From the NCBI GenBank assembly GCA_036395475.1, contig DASWDF010000035.1:1980-65979 (forward strand): DNA of 64,000 bases, written 5' to 3'. A program made the position numbers and the translations under genes. The stretch is from Casimicrobiaceae bacterium (GTDB lineage Bacteria > Pseudomonadota > Gammaproteobacteria > Burkholderiales > Casimicrobiaceae). The notes beneath the pieces were generated by a model. That model was given only the letters and a program-made list of their open reading frames with translations. It was not told where the DNA came from and did not search any database. Shown in pieces: positions 42,002 to 52,088 of the stretch (the stretch's first letter is position 1; every line of letters starts with the position of its first letter).

Positions 42002-43501
42002 TTAACCGCCGGCGATGCGGCGTGCGACTTCGTGCGCCAACGCAGTTTCCGCCGTGCGTTTGCGCGCTGCGAACGTATCGATAGCGTTGCGCTTGGCCGC
42101 GATGTCGGCGCGGTAGCGTTCGAAACTGGCGGCGAGTGGTGCCGGCGCCGGCCCGCCCAGCATGGTGCGTATCGCGATGAAGTGCTCCGCGGTGGTGAAG
42201 CGCCGGAAATCGACTTCGCTCATGCGCGCGCGCCGGCCGATCGACGCCGCGAATATCTCCTCGAATGCGGTGAACGGAACCTCGGACAGCGTCATGCCGG
42301 CGTCGATCATGCGGCGTGCGAGCTTGCTCGCAACGTCGTGCGCCTGGCGGAACGAGATCGCCTCCGTGCGTACCAGCGAATCGGCAAGCTCGGCTAGCGT
42401 GATCCCGGCTTGGTCGATATGGCGGCGCACTTTCGCGCTGTCGATCTTGACCGCCGCCAGCAATCCACCCAGCAGCGTCATCAGCCGGTGAGCCGTGTCG
42501 AACGCTTCGTAGCCGGCGATCTGCACTTCGCCTTCGGAATCGTTCATGTCGGTGAACGGCGTGTTGTGCACGCTCGTCAGCACCGCTTCGCAGCGCGCCG
42601 CGCCGAGCGAAGCCATAAGGCGCAAATGCTCCACGGGTACCGGGTTGCGCTTCTGCGGCATGATCGAGCTTATCTGGACGAAAGCGTCGGGCACGTGCAA
42701 GTGGCCGATCTCGAATCCGGTCCACGCATTGAGATCCTGCACGAACCGCCCGGCGTGGATGAACAGCAGCTTCATCGCCGCATAGACGCCGGTGACGTAG
42801 TCGGCGGCGGCGATGCAGCCGTAGGAATTCTCCTGTGCTTCGGCAAATCCCAGCAGCTCGGCCATGCGCGCGCGGTCGAGCCCGAAGCCCGAGGTTGTGA
42901 TCGCCGCCGCACCCATGCTGCAAAGATCGACGGTACGCGCAGCATGAAGCACACGGTCCATGTCGCGCAGCGACAGCTCGATGAACGCGGCGAGATAGTG
43001 GCCGTAGGTCGTGGGCTGCGCCGGTTGTCCGTGCGTATAGGCGACGACGATGGTGTCGCGCTCGCGCTCGCCGACCGTGAGCAATGCTTCGATCATCGCG
43101 GCATGCTCGGTGAGAAGCGCCGCCAGCCGGTCCTTCAGCGCCAGCTTGAACACGGTGTGGTCGATGTCGTTGCGGCTTCGTCCGGTGTGCAACTTGCCGG
43201 CCACGTCGACGCCCAAACGGCGGATCAGCTCGCTTTCGACGTAGAAGAAGAAATCCTCGTGCTCGCCGGTGTAGACGAGCTTGTCGAGGTCGATCGTCGC
43301 GACGATGTCGTCGAGCGCCTTGAGGATTGCGCGCGCCTCGTCGTCGGTCAGCAACCCGCATTCGGCAAGCAGCACGGCGCTCGCCTGGTTGATCTGCATC
43401 TGATAGCGCCAGTGATGACGCTTCACGCCCTCGAACAGCGGCGCGAGCACGGTGTCCTTGTAGACCCGCGCCGGAAATTTCTCGTCGTCTGCGATGCTCA
43501 T
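42002..43501 (-). CDS. argininosuccinate-lyase / fumarate-lyase family protein
   Basis: GRSRNDIDHT and SSIMPQKRNP signatures. ATG 43501 overlaps the upstream permease stop (ATGA). Confidence 0.85.
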   Translation of the reverse strand: MSIADDEKFPARVYKDTVLAPLFEGVKRHHWRYQMQINQASAVLLAECGLLTDDEARAILKALDDIVATIDLDKLVYTGEHEDFFFYVESELIRRLGVDVAGKLHTGRSRNDIDHTVFKLALKDRLAALLTEHAAMIEALLTVGERERDTIVVAYTHGQPAQPTTYGHYLAAFIELSLRDMDRVLHAARTVDLCSMGAAAITTSGFGLDRARMAELLGFAEAQENSYGCIAAADYVTGVYAAMKLLFIHAGRFVQDLNAWTGFEIGHLHVPDAFVQISSIMPQKRNPVPVEHLRLMASLGAARCEAVLTSVHNTPFTDMNDSEGEVQIAGYEAFDTAHRLMTLLGGLLAAVKIDSAKVRRHIDQAGITLAELADSLVRTEAISFRQAHDVASKLARRMIDAGMTLSEVPFTAFEEIFAASIGRRARMSEVDFRRFTTAEHFIAIRTMLGGPAPAPLAASFERYRADIAAKRNAIDTFAARKRTAETALAHEVARRIAGG

Positions 43502-44325
43502 GCCTTCAGTCCCGCCAATGCGATGCCGCGGATGATGTAGCGCTGCAGCAGCAGGAACACGAGGATCGTCGGAATCGTCGCCACGCTCGCTCCGGTCATC
43601 ACCATCTCCCACTCCGTCTGGAATTCGCCCGAGAACGAGGCGATGCCCACCGGTAATGTATAGAGATTGCGGTCGGTGATGGCAATCAACGGCCACAGGA
43701 ATGCTGTCCAATTGCCCAGGAATGTGAAGATCGCGAGCGCCGACAGCGCCGGTACTACGAGCGGCATCGCGACCTGCCACCAGACCTGAAACTCGTTGAG
43801 ACCATCGAGCCGGGCGGCATCGAGCAGATCGTCGGGCACGTCCTCGAAGAACTGCTTCATCAGGAACGTGCCGAACCCGGTCATCAGCCCGGGAAAGGCG
43901 ACGCCCCAATACGTGTCGAGCCACCCGAAATTCTTCGCCATCGAATACCAGGGCAGCACCAGCATCTCCGTCGGAATCATCAGCGTGCTCAGTATGGCGA
44001 CGAAGACGAGATAACGGCCGCGGAAGCGGAATTTGGCAAGCGTGTAGCCGACCAGGCTGTCGAAAAACAGCACCGAGGCGGTTGTCACGGTGCCGATCAG
44101 CAGCGAATTCGCGAACCAGCGCAGGAAGCCCGACCGCTCGAAGAGGCGCCGATAGTTGTCGAGCGTCGGCTCGTGCGGCAGCAGCGACAGCTCGTAGATC
44201 TCGTTGTTAGGCTTGAACGACCCGGCCAGCATGTAGACGAACGGCATCACCATGACGACGCCGCCCAGGAACAGCAGCGTCCAGGCGACGATCCTTCCCG
44301 ACGTCATTCTGCGCGCGCCGGTCAT
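43498..44325 (-). CDS. ABC sugar permease (MalG-like)
   Basis: EAA loop LLDAARLDGLNEFQVWWQVAMPL and six TM segments. Confidence 0.85.
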   Translation of the reverse strand: MTGARRMTSGRIVAWTLLFLGGVVMVMPFVYMLAGSFKPNNEIYELSLLPHEPTLDNYRRLFERSGFLRWFANSLLIGTVTTASVLFFDSLVGYTLAKFRFRGRYLVFVAILSTLMIPTEMLVLPWYSMAKNFGWLDTYWGVAFPGLMTGFGTFLMKQFFEDVPDDLLDAARLDGLNEFQVWWQVAMPLVVPALSALAIFTFLGNWTAFLWPLIAITDRNLYTLPVGIASFSGEFQTEWEMVMTGASVATIPTILVFLLLQRYIIRGIALAGLKA

Positions 44326-45215
44326 CGGCTGCGTAAGAGCTTCAGTTGCATCAGCGAGATCGCGAGCAGGATCGCGAACAGCACGATCGTCTGCGTCGCG
44401 GCGTATCCCATTTCGAAATGGGTGAAGGCGGTCTCGAAGATCTTCAGCACCAGCGGCTTGGTGGCGTCGAGCGGGCCGCCCTGGCCGTTGGTCATCGCAT
44501 ACACGTAATCGAAGATGCGCAGATACGCGATCGAGCTCGTGACCACCAGGAACACGATCGTCGGGCGGAGCAGGGGGATTGTGACCTCGAACAGCACGCG
44601 CCAGGCGTCCGCGCCGTCGATCGCCGCCGCTTCATAATAGGTGCGCGGGATCGCCTTCAGGCCGGCCATGAAGATCACGATCTGGAATCCGATGCCGGCC
44701 CAGATTGCGGGCGCCAGCACGGCCGGCAGCGCCTGCGTCGTCGAGCGCAGGAACGGCATCTGGCCGAAGCCCAGTGCCGTGAGCCAATCGTTGAACACGC
44801 CGACCGGCGGCGGCTGGTAGAACCAGCGCCACACCCAGGCCATCGCCACGGCGGTGGTCAAATGCGGGATGAAGTAGAGGGCACGCAATAGCCCGTGACC
44901 GAACCGCACGCGGTCGAGGAAATAGGCGACGACAAACGCGAGCAGCATGCTGATCGGCACGCCGAGTCCGAGATAGGCGAACGTGTTGCCGATCACTTTC
45001 CAGAACGCGGGGTCCTGCGCGAGGCGCGCGTAGTTCGCGAGGCCGATGTATTCCTTGCGGCCGACGATGTTCCAGTTGGTGAACGAAGCGCCGAACGCCT
45101 CCGCCGCTGGATAGAAGCGGATCGTGACGTAAAAGACGACCGGCAGCGCGAGGAAGCCCCACGCCCAGATCGCGCGCTTCTGCCCGATCGTCAGATCGTG
45201 CAACCGCGGGATCAC
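44322..45215 (-). CDS. ABC sugar permease (MalF-like)
   Basis: EAA loop YYEAAAIDGADAWRVLFEVTIPLL. 4-nt overlap with the downstream permease. Confidence 0.85.
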   Translation of the reverse strand: MIPRLHDLTIGQKRAIWAWGFLALPVVFYVTIRFYPAAEAFGASFTNWNIVGRKEYIGLANYARLAQDPAFWKVIGNTFAYLGLGVPISMLLAFVVAYFLDRVRFGHGLLRALYFIPHLTTAVAMAWVWRWFYQPPPVGVFNDWLTALGFGQMPFLRSTTQALPAVLAPAIWAGIGFQIVIFMAGLKAIPRTYYEAAAIDGADAWRVLFEVTIPLLRPTIVFLVVTSSIAYLRIFDYVYAMTNGQGGPLDATKPLVLKIFETAFTHFEMGYAATQTIVLFAILLAISLMQLKLLRSR

Positions 45216-46481
45216 TTACTTTTTGTAGAACGCGTCGAGCAGCTTCTGTTCTTCGGCGGCGGCCTCGGCGACCGCTTGCTTGGTCGGCACGTTCTTCAGC
45301 GCCACCTTGTCGACCATGTCGATGAACACCTTGCGTTGCGCGCTCTCGTTGACGAAGTCGGTCGCGTAGGAATAGTTGAGGCCACGAATGAACGGACCGT
45401 ACTTCGCGTGGTTCTTGTTGGCGTCCTTTTCCGCCACGCTCTTGCGCGCCGGCAGCTCGCCCACGGTGTTCATCCACAGCTCCATCGCCTCGGGCGTGGT
45501 GATGAACTTCAGGAACTTCACCGACGCGTCGAGCTTTGCGCCGGTAGCTTTGCCGGTGATGCCGTTCACCCAGTACGACGCGAAATTCGACTTGATGCCG
45601 TTGCGCGACGGCAGCTCGGCCACGCCGTAATCGAGGCCCTTCTGGTTGTCGAGCGCGCCGAGGCGGAACGAGCCGTCGATCGTCATGCCCGCCTTGCCCG
45701 AGCGGAACGCGGTGACGCCGTCGGTCAGGAATCCGATCTGTCCCACCTTCTGCTTGGCGGCAAGGTCGATGTACCACTGGACCGCGTTCACGCCCGCGTC
45801 GGTGTTGTAGGCGACGGTCTTCTTGTCGGCCGAATAAGGCGCGCCGCCGAACTGGCGGATCAGCACCTCGCGCAGCCAGTGATGATCCTGGCCACCCATG
45901 TCGATGGTGAGGCCCTCTTGCAACAGATCGCCGTTGGGACTGCGCTTCGTGAGCTTCTTCGCGTAATCGACCAGCTCGTCCAGCGTTTGCGGCGGCCTTT
46001 CCGGGTCGAGCCCGGCTTCCTTGAACAGCGACTTGTTCCAGAACAGCGCGAGCGAGCGCACGGCGGTCGGCAGCGCATAGTATTTGCCGTCGATCTTCAT
46101 CTGCTGGACGATCGGGAAGTACTCCCTTTCGATCTCAACGGTGCTGAACTCGCCGGCGGGCAGCGGTTGCAGGAGCCCGGCCTTCAGATAGTCCTGCAGC
46201 CAGCCGTAGAAAAGCTGCACGACGTCGGGCCCTTGCCCGGCGGGGATGGCCGCCGCGATCTTGACGCGGAAGTCGTCATACGGAACGTGCGTATGCTTGA
46301 CCTTGATGCCGGGATTGGCGGCTTCGAACCGCTTGATGAGCTCGTCGATCGCCTGAACGCGTTGCGCGAACGTGTATTGCCAGTACTCGATTTCCACCTG
46401 CGCGCGCGCCGTGCCGGTCCACAACAGCGCCGCCAGCATCGCGCCCAGCCAGAACCCCGTCTTGCCTGCTTTCGTCGCCAC
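45216..46481 (-). CDS. ABC transporter (CUT1-type) solute-binding protein
   Basis: GAGAGGGA RBS before GTG 46481. Signal peptide FWLGAMLAALLWTGTARA. Family-1 SBP length and pattern. Confidence 0.8.
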   Translation of the reverse strand: MATKAGKTGFWLGAMLAALLWTGTARAQVEIEYWQYTFAQRVQAIDELIKRFEAANPGIKVKHTHVPYDDFRVKIAAAIPAGQGPDVVQLFYGWLQDYLKAGLLQPLPAGEFSTVEIEREYFPIVQQMKIDGKYYALPTAVRSLALFWNKSLFKEAGLDPERPPQTLDELVDYAKKLTKRSPNGDLLQEGLTIDMGGQDHHWLREVLIRQFGGAPYSADKKTVAYNTDAGVNAVQWYIDLAAKQKVGQIGFLTDGVTAFRSGKAGMTIDGSFRLGALDNQKGLDYGVAELPSRNGIKSNFASYWVNGITGKATGAKLDASVKFLKFITTPEAMELWMNTVGELPARKSVAEKDANKNHAKYGPFIRGLNYSYATDFVNESAQRKVFIDMVDKVALKNVPTKQAVAEAAAEEQKLLDAFYKK

Positions 46482-46590
46482 GATTTTCCCTCTCACGTTC
46501 GCTCGCGGGATTTCGCCCCTTCGGATAGAGCGATGGTAGCGGATATTGCGAAGCTTGCAGAGGCTGCGGTGCAAGCATGCCGATCGTCGC

Positions 46591-46699
46591 CTCGACCGAT
46601 GGGGGTGACGTCACTTCCGCCTGGCCTTGTCGCGTCGAGATACTTCCAGTAGCTCGACAACACCATCGGCCGATACGCCGTCACCCAGGGGTGCGTGTC
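46591..46699 (-). pseudogene. 3'-terminal scrap of a family-5 (peptide/nickel-type) SBP gene plus its downstream flank; duplicate of 52069-52179
   Basis: About 90 % nt identity by eye to the end of the gene at 52089. Reads AYRPMVLSSYWKYLD, then frameshifts relative to GYRPMVFSSYWKYLDIDKARRK*. Confidence 0.65.
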
Positions 46700-47674
46700 A
46701 ATTCAGGCCGACCGGTGTGACGGTCCCCGAAATGTTGCTGGGACCATCGCCCGACAGCGCATTGTTGCCGTGCGAACGCAGCAACGCCCCGAACGACTGT
46801 TCGAGGTCATGATTGAAATTGCGCGCGAGCGTACTCGCCGACACCGAGGCGAACGTCCCAAGCCCGAACACGGTGAGGCCGAGATTGTTCTGAGCGGCGA
46901 TCGAGCCACCACGAGCGAGACCAGGCCGCCTTGACTGCTGGAGGCGGCGAAGCCGGCTCCGGCGTTGCGCACCGCGGCGGTCCCCTCGACGGTCACGAAC
47001 GCGCTGTTGCTGGCGACGCGGCACTGACCACGAGGCCGCTCGAACCGTTGCGGGCAAGAACGCTGTCGCGAACGAAGACTTGCACGGAGGTCGCTGCGTC
47101 GGGGTCGACGTTGATGCCGTTTGCAGCATTGTCCTCGCTGTGCGAACGGTTGATGACGACATCGCCTTTGAGGACCAAGATCCCGTCGCCGCCGCCGCTG
47201 CCGGTGACCCGCGTCTCGTCGATCGTGACGTCGGCTTTCGCTCTCAACCAGATGCCGATGTGGGAACTCTGGAGATCGTGCACCGCTCGATCTCGACGCG
47301 CCCTGCCTGCTCGATCAGGATGCCGTCATGGGCGCCATTGATCGTAAGGCCCCGCAGCACAACTCGATCCGCAGCACTTGCGTTGATGGTCACGCCGTTG
47401 AAGGTGGAGCCCGATATCCCGGCGTAGATACCCGGCGGCGCGATGATCGATATCGACTTGGAGATCGTCACGGGGGCCGTAACCGGCCGAGTCGAGCACG
47501 ATGATTTCGCCCGCGTGGGTCGGTGTAAAACATCGCGTGCGAGAAACTGCGGCACGGCTGTGCGCAAGGATTGGCGTCGCGGCCACCGCTGGCGACGAAC
47601 GTCCGCTGCGCGGCGATGACGCTCGCCGCATGAAGCGCGAGCGCGCCTGCGAACACGAAAGCAAAACGATTCAT
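46698..47674 (-). pseudogene. secreted right-handed beta-helix repeat protein, at least 4 frameshifts
   Basis: GGAGG before ATG 47674. Signal MNRFAFVFAGALALHAASVIA, then RTFVASGGRDANPC. Continues in other frames (GEIIVLDSAGYGP; VTISKSISIIAPPGIYAGI ... LRGLTINGAHDGILIEQ; GINVD...). Confidence 0.6.
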
Positions 47675-48497
47675 GAGCGCCTCCTTCACCGTTGGTTGGT
47701 ACGGTTCCACGCGCGCGCCACCCGTGTCACGTTCGGCGCGCGGTCGGCGTTGGAGTGAAGGCAAAGGCGGCATCGTCTACTACCACATCGTTGGCGTTTA
47801 TCAGGGCCGGACCAATGTCGTTGGCGACCCAACTGGATTGGATATGCGGATGCAACCGACCGCATCGAGATAGATCTGGCGTGGAAGCTTGCCGATTCGA
47901 AGCTCGTGGGCACGTCCACCTTCAAGAACTCGAAATCCGAAGTCACGAATCTGCGCAACTGGGAGCCCAAGTGCCTGCCACCGGTACTCAAGGGCGAGTA
48001 CGAGCACTACGAGCTACTTGGGATCAGGCAAGGTCTAGGCGGAAATCTCGAACTGCAGGTTCAGACCACTTACCCCGTAGTGGAAGTCGTGCAGTTCTGT
48101 ACCGGTAGCCGTAAGACCGTACCAGCAAGCCGCAAGACGCGAGCCGAGGAGTTTGGCGTGCTGTCGCCGGTGATGCTCGGGTCATGGACGCAGGGCGATT
48201 CGGGCCTCGCTAAGGACGTCGGCTAGTCTGTGCAGTTCGACATCCTTGATCCCACCCTCCGCCAAGTCCAGTGTCTGACGAAACAGGTCAATCATGCGCT
48301 GGTCATCGGCGTAGAAGTTGCTGAGGGAACCGTGTGATTCAATTGTAGTGACCGAGACTTGATCTGGCAGCCAGTGTCAGATCGTGGTTGCCTTCAACCG
48401 GCCGAGTTCGCCATGAGCAGACATTCGTCCGAACGGATACGCTCTTCGGGTGACGGAGGCTCGACTGGCAATTGCGACTGCGTCGGGAAAGCGAAAG

Positions 48498-48968
48498 TTA
48501 TTTCGGTACCGATGGCATGGCCGAGGAATGGTGATCGACAATGAGCCAACGCTCACCGCTCTTCACGTAAGCGAAGCTGTACCGCGCCGGCAACTGCTTG
48601 TTCTGCCCTTCCTTGACATAGGAAAAGGTGTAATAACCAGTATTGATCGCCGTGCCGCCGTACACGCGTATCAGGTGATCTCCGAACGAAACCTTGAGTT
48701 CGGGGAGAGCCTTAAAAGCCGCCACGAAATAATCCCGCAATGCCGCTCGATCGGCCCGCAGCGTCGGCGACAGCGTCCCCCACAGCACAGCGTCGTCGGA
48801 GTAGAGCGGCAACACCTTGTCCGGATCGTCTTCGCCAAGCGCCTGCGCCCACGCCAACGCTGCGGCGGCCACGTCCTCCTTCGCGTCTGCGGAAGAAATT
48901 GAAGGAAACCATAGTAGGACGATGCTCAGCGCAAACGCCGAGCTAAGAGCTTTCGAAGAGAATCGCAT
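48498..48968 (-). CDS. secreted SnoaL-like / DUF4440-type (NTF2 fold) protein
   Basis: Signal peptide, then AAAALAWAQAL ... LYSDDAVLWGT ... GERWLIVDHHSS, a pattern typical of that fold. Confidence 0.6.
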   Translation of the reverse strand: MRFSSKALSSAFALSIVLLWFPSISSADAKEDVAAAALAWAQALGEDDPDKVLPLYSDDAVLWGTLSPTLRADRAALRDYFVAAFKALPELKVSFGDHLIRVYGGTAINTGYYTFSYVKEGQNKQLPARYSFAYVKSGERWLIVDHHSSAMPSVPK

Positions 48969-49077
48969 AGCGCTCTCCTTCCACGGTTGAATCGTTCCTA
49001 TCGTAGCCGTGGCTCGCCTCGGGTCAAGTACGAAAAACGTACTTGTCTAAGCGCGGCGCGAGAGCGATTATGGCGCC

Positions 49078-49806
49078 ATGCTCACATACGCTCAATTTTG
49101 CCCCGTCGCAAAAACCGCCGAAGTCTTCGGTGACCGATGGACCGCGATCATCATGCGAGAGCTGTGCTTCGGTACCCGCGCGTTCGGCGAATTGCTCAGC
49201 GCGGCGCCGCTCATATCGCGGACAGTTCTGGCGCAGCGTCTCAAGCAACTCGCGGACGCCGGCGTCGTGTACATCGAGCCGAAGCCTAAGGGCAAAGGCC
49301 ATTTGTATCGACTGACGCCCGCTGGAGAGGATTTCCGTCCGATCATCGAGCTGATGAGCGTCTGGGGCCAGCGCTGGGGCCAGGGGCTGATCGGTCCCGA
49401 TGACCTCGATTCAAAAATGCTCGTCTGGGGAATTCGCCGGCAGATCGATCCAGCCGAAATACCGCCGCAAGGCTTCGTCATTCGCTTCGAGTTCCGCGGC
49501 ATCCCCAAATTCAATCGCAGCCCGCGCTATTGTTGGTTGGTGTTGCGGCCCGATGATATCGAGGTGTGCCTTAAAGCTCCCCCCATGAATGTTGATGTCG
49601 TTATCGCTGCTGACCTGATGGCTTTCACCAGGGTGTGGCTTGGCTATGCCGGACTTATGTCTGCTGTTGAAGCGGGACAAATCTCCCTGGATGGCTCGGC
49701 GCGTGGAATCACAACGGTGCGTCGCTTGCTCGCGCTTCCCGACGAACCAAAGGTCAAGAGCTTCAGATTCTCTGTGTTCCCACGCACTGCGACGGTTGCC
49801 GCTTAG
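49078..49806 (+). CDS. HxlR-family transcriptional regulator with a C-terminal extension
   Basis: CPVAKTAEVFGDRWTAIIMREL ... ISRTVLAQRLKQLADAGVV winged-helix signature. Confidence 0.8.
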   Translation: MLTYAQFCPVAKTAEVFGDRWTAIIMRELCFGTRAFGELLSAAPLISRTVLAQRLKQLADAGVVYIEPKPKGKGHLYRLTPAGEDFRPIIELMSVWGQRWGQGLIGPDDLDSKMLVWGIRRQIDPAEIPPQGFVIRFEFRGIPKFNRSPRYCWLVLRPDDIEVCLKAPPMNVDVVIAADLMAFTRVWLGYAGLMSAVEAGQISLDGSARGITTVRRLLALPDEPKVKSFRFSVFPRTATVAA

Positions 49807-50194
49807 CGGTGATCCTCTGTCTCGGGCATCCGTATGTGGCAGGTTGCAACGCTGGATCGTCGATAACGACTGACCTGCTCACGAGTTCTGCGGCGCGGAG
49901 CGCGCGTGGACGGTCCGGACCCGGCGGCATGTGCTGCCGGCGGGAAGGCTCTCGGCGGTCGAGGTGACAACGTATTACCGCCCTAGACTGCGATCCGTTC
50001 TCCACGAGGATTGACACTGCCCTCCATAGGTCCACTTCGGGTCGGACTCGGTCGTTGAATCAAACGCGCTTCAACTTCATCCGACATTGTTGTTCAGGTC
50101 GAATTCCGGTCAGGACAATTCAATCGCCCGCTGCTTCGCCTTCCCCCCCAACAATCCGAACATGGTGCCCCACGAGCGGCTCTCGGTGCGAGCA

Positions 50195-50572
50195 TCAAGC
50201 TTGTCCCGCAGCGCACGCATTTTCGCAGTCTGCCTTCATTTCGCGGATCCGATTCTTCAGTTTCGCAATGTCGCTCTTTTGCTCAATGACGTAGTCGTTG
50301 AATCGGGCTAACTCGCGACCGGCAGTCTCCCGATCGACCGCTTCCCCTCCGGTTACGAAGCGAAAGCCCATGATCACCTTCGTCACTTCAGCCAGACCTT
50401 CGACAGTACGCTGCATCTGTGCGAACAGGTCGCTGAAGCCCTGTCGCGCCTCCGGATACCTCGATGCCAGGAACTTCCTGCCGTCATTGACGGCGTCGAC
50501 AATCTCGCGAGTGCTCTTGACGACGTCGCCCAGGAGCTTGATTACTTCGGCAATCTCCTTAACTAATGCCAT
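50195..50572 (-). CDS. hypothetical helical protein (lower G+C); possible 3' frameshift
   Basis: 125 aa, no family recognised. A 36-codon ORF (MRALRDKLDARTES...) overlaps its last codons in another frame and continues the coiled-coil-like character. Confidence 0.4.
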   Translation of the reverse strand: MALVKEIAEVIKLLGDVVKSTREIVDAVNDGRKFLASRYPEARQGFSDLFAQMQRTVEGLAEVTKVIMGFRFVTGGEAVDRETAGRELARFNDYVIEQKSDIAKLKNRIREMKADCENACAAGQA

Positions 50573-50913
50573 GAGGACGCCTCACCGAATTGAAGGGGCT
50601 TGTCCGTCAGCCGCTCTAAGCGCGGATGTTACGAAAACCGGCGACGTGCATCACACGCGCCAGGCGGTACTCGGACCTACTTTTTTTGGCGCCACCGAGC
50701 ACTGGATTGTGATGCACTTTCGATCGGCTTGCGACATCATGACTGTCTTGCGATCGTGTCCCGACGTCCGCTCCTGGCCGCACTCGGACCATCGCATTCG
50801 GCTGAGTTCGACCCACTCCAGCCGGTCGGTTTTATGCAAAGCAGCCGTTCAACGAATCACGTTAGCTGGCGACCGCGCAGAGGCGAGAGCCGCGAACCAT
50901 GCGGAACGATCCA

Positions 50914-51894
50914 TCACTGAATCACGTCGTCCGCGCGCTGCAGCAGCGATTGCGGGATGGTGATGCCGAGCGCCTTTGCGGTCTTCAGGTTGATCACCAG
51001 CTCGAACTTGGTTGGCTGCTCTACCGGGATATCGGCGGGCTTCGCGCCATTGAGAATCTTGTCAACGAAGCTGGCTGCCCTACGCCAATGCCACGCGTTG
51101 GATGAAAGATAGGACATCAAACCGCCGGCAGCGACATATTCGCGGCCACCGAAAACGGACGGCACCTGGGAGCGAAGCGTCAGCTCGATGATGTGGACGC
51201 GGTGCCGCAAAAACATCGGGTCGCCCACGACTACGAGCGCGCCGCCTTTGGCGCGCGCAATGGCCCCGTCGAGTTCGCCTTCCACCGCGACGTCGATACG
51301 ATCAAGTCGCAGGCCAAGAGTCTTTGCGCGCAACGACATCGCGTCAAAGAAGAATCCATTGGCAGGGTTGGCGCTGTTCATCAGCACGCTGACCCTCTTC
51401 AGTTGCGGCACGGCAGCCGACAGCAGCTCCAGTTGTTTAGCAAGAACCTCTTCGCCCGCCGCCGAAGTGCCGGTCAGGTCGCCACCCGGCCGGGCCAGGC
51501 TGGCCACGAATCCCGCGCCCACCGGGTCTCCGGCGTTGATCATGACGATGGGCAGACCCGGAGCACCATCACGCGCCGCGCGGATGGTGATCGTGCCGAG
51601 CGCAAGGATCAGCGCCACTGGGAGCGCCTTGAGTTCGGCTGCGAGTTCGCGCTGGCGCTGCGGACTCACACCCGCCCAACGGGTTTCGATTAAGAGGTTC
51701 TTTCCTTCGACCCAGCCCAGGTCGCGCAAACCCATACGCAGATCTTCCATGACGATCTGGCCCACGGGTGTCGGTTCGGTCGCCGGGAAAAGCAATCCAA
51801 TCCTGAAGACCTTGCCCGCCTGCTGTGCGCGAATCGCGAGCGGCTCGAGCAAGCATGTGCCGGCGACGAGGGTGACGAATGTCCGCCGGTCCAT
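50914..51894 (-). CDS. orphan ABC substrate-binding protein (PF04392-type), paralog 3
   Basis: GAGGTG RBS before ATG 51894. MDRRTFVTLVAGTCLLEPLAI ... GGLMSY ... PVEQPTKFELVINLKTAKALGITIP. Confidence 0.85.
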   Translation of the reverse strand: MDRRTFVTLVAGTCLLEPLAIRAQQAGKVFRIGLLFPATEPTPVGQIVMEDLRMGLRDLGWVEGKNLLIETRWAGVSPQRQRELAAELKALPVALILALGTITIRAARDGAPGLPIVMINAGDPVGAGFVASLARPGGDLTGTSAAGEEVLAKQLELLSAAVPQLKRVSVLMNSANPANGFFFDAMSLRAKTLGLRLDRIDVAVEGELDGAIARAKGGALVVVGDPMFLRHRVHIIELTLRSQVPSVFGGREYVAAGGLMSYLSSNAWHWRRAASFVDKILNGAKPADIPVEQPTKFELVINLKTAKALGITIPQSLLQRADDVIQ

Positions 51895-52088
51895 CACTGA
51901 ATCACCTCGTTGACCAATGGAAGTCCATTCATAGTACGCTTTCCAGCGTGGTTTCACGCCCGACGGCGGGTGACTGCTTTCGGGATATTTGCGCGTCGCT
52001 GCCGAATGTCTCCAGTTGGCCGTAAGCGGAAGTAGTCTAAGAGGGCCGGGCGAATACCGGTCGTTCGGCTCGACCGATGGGGGCGACG

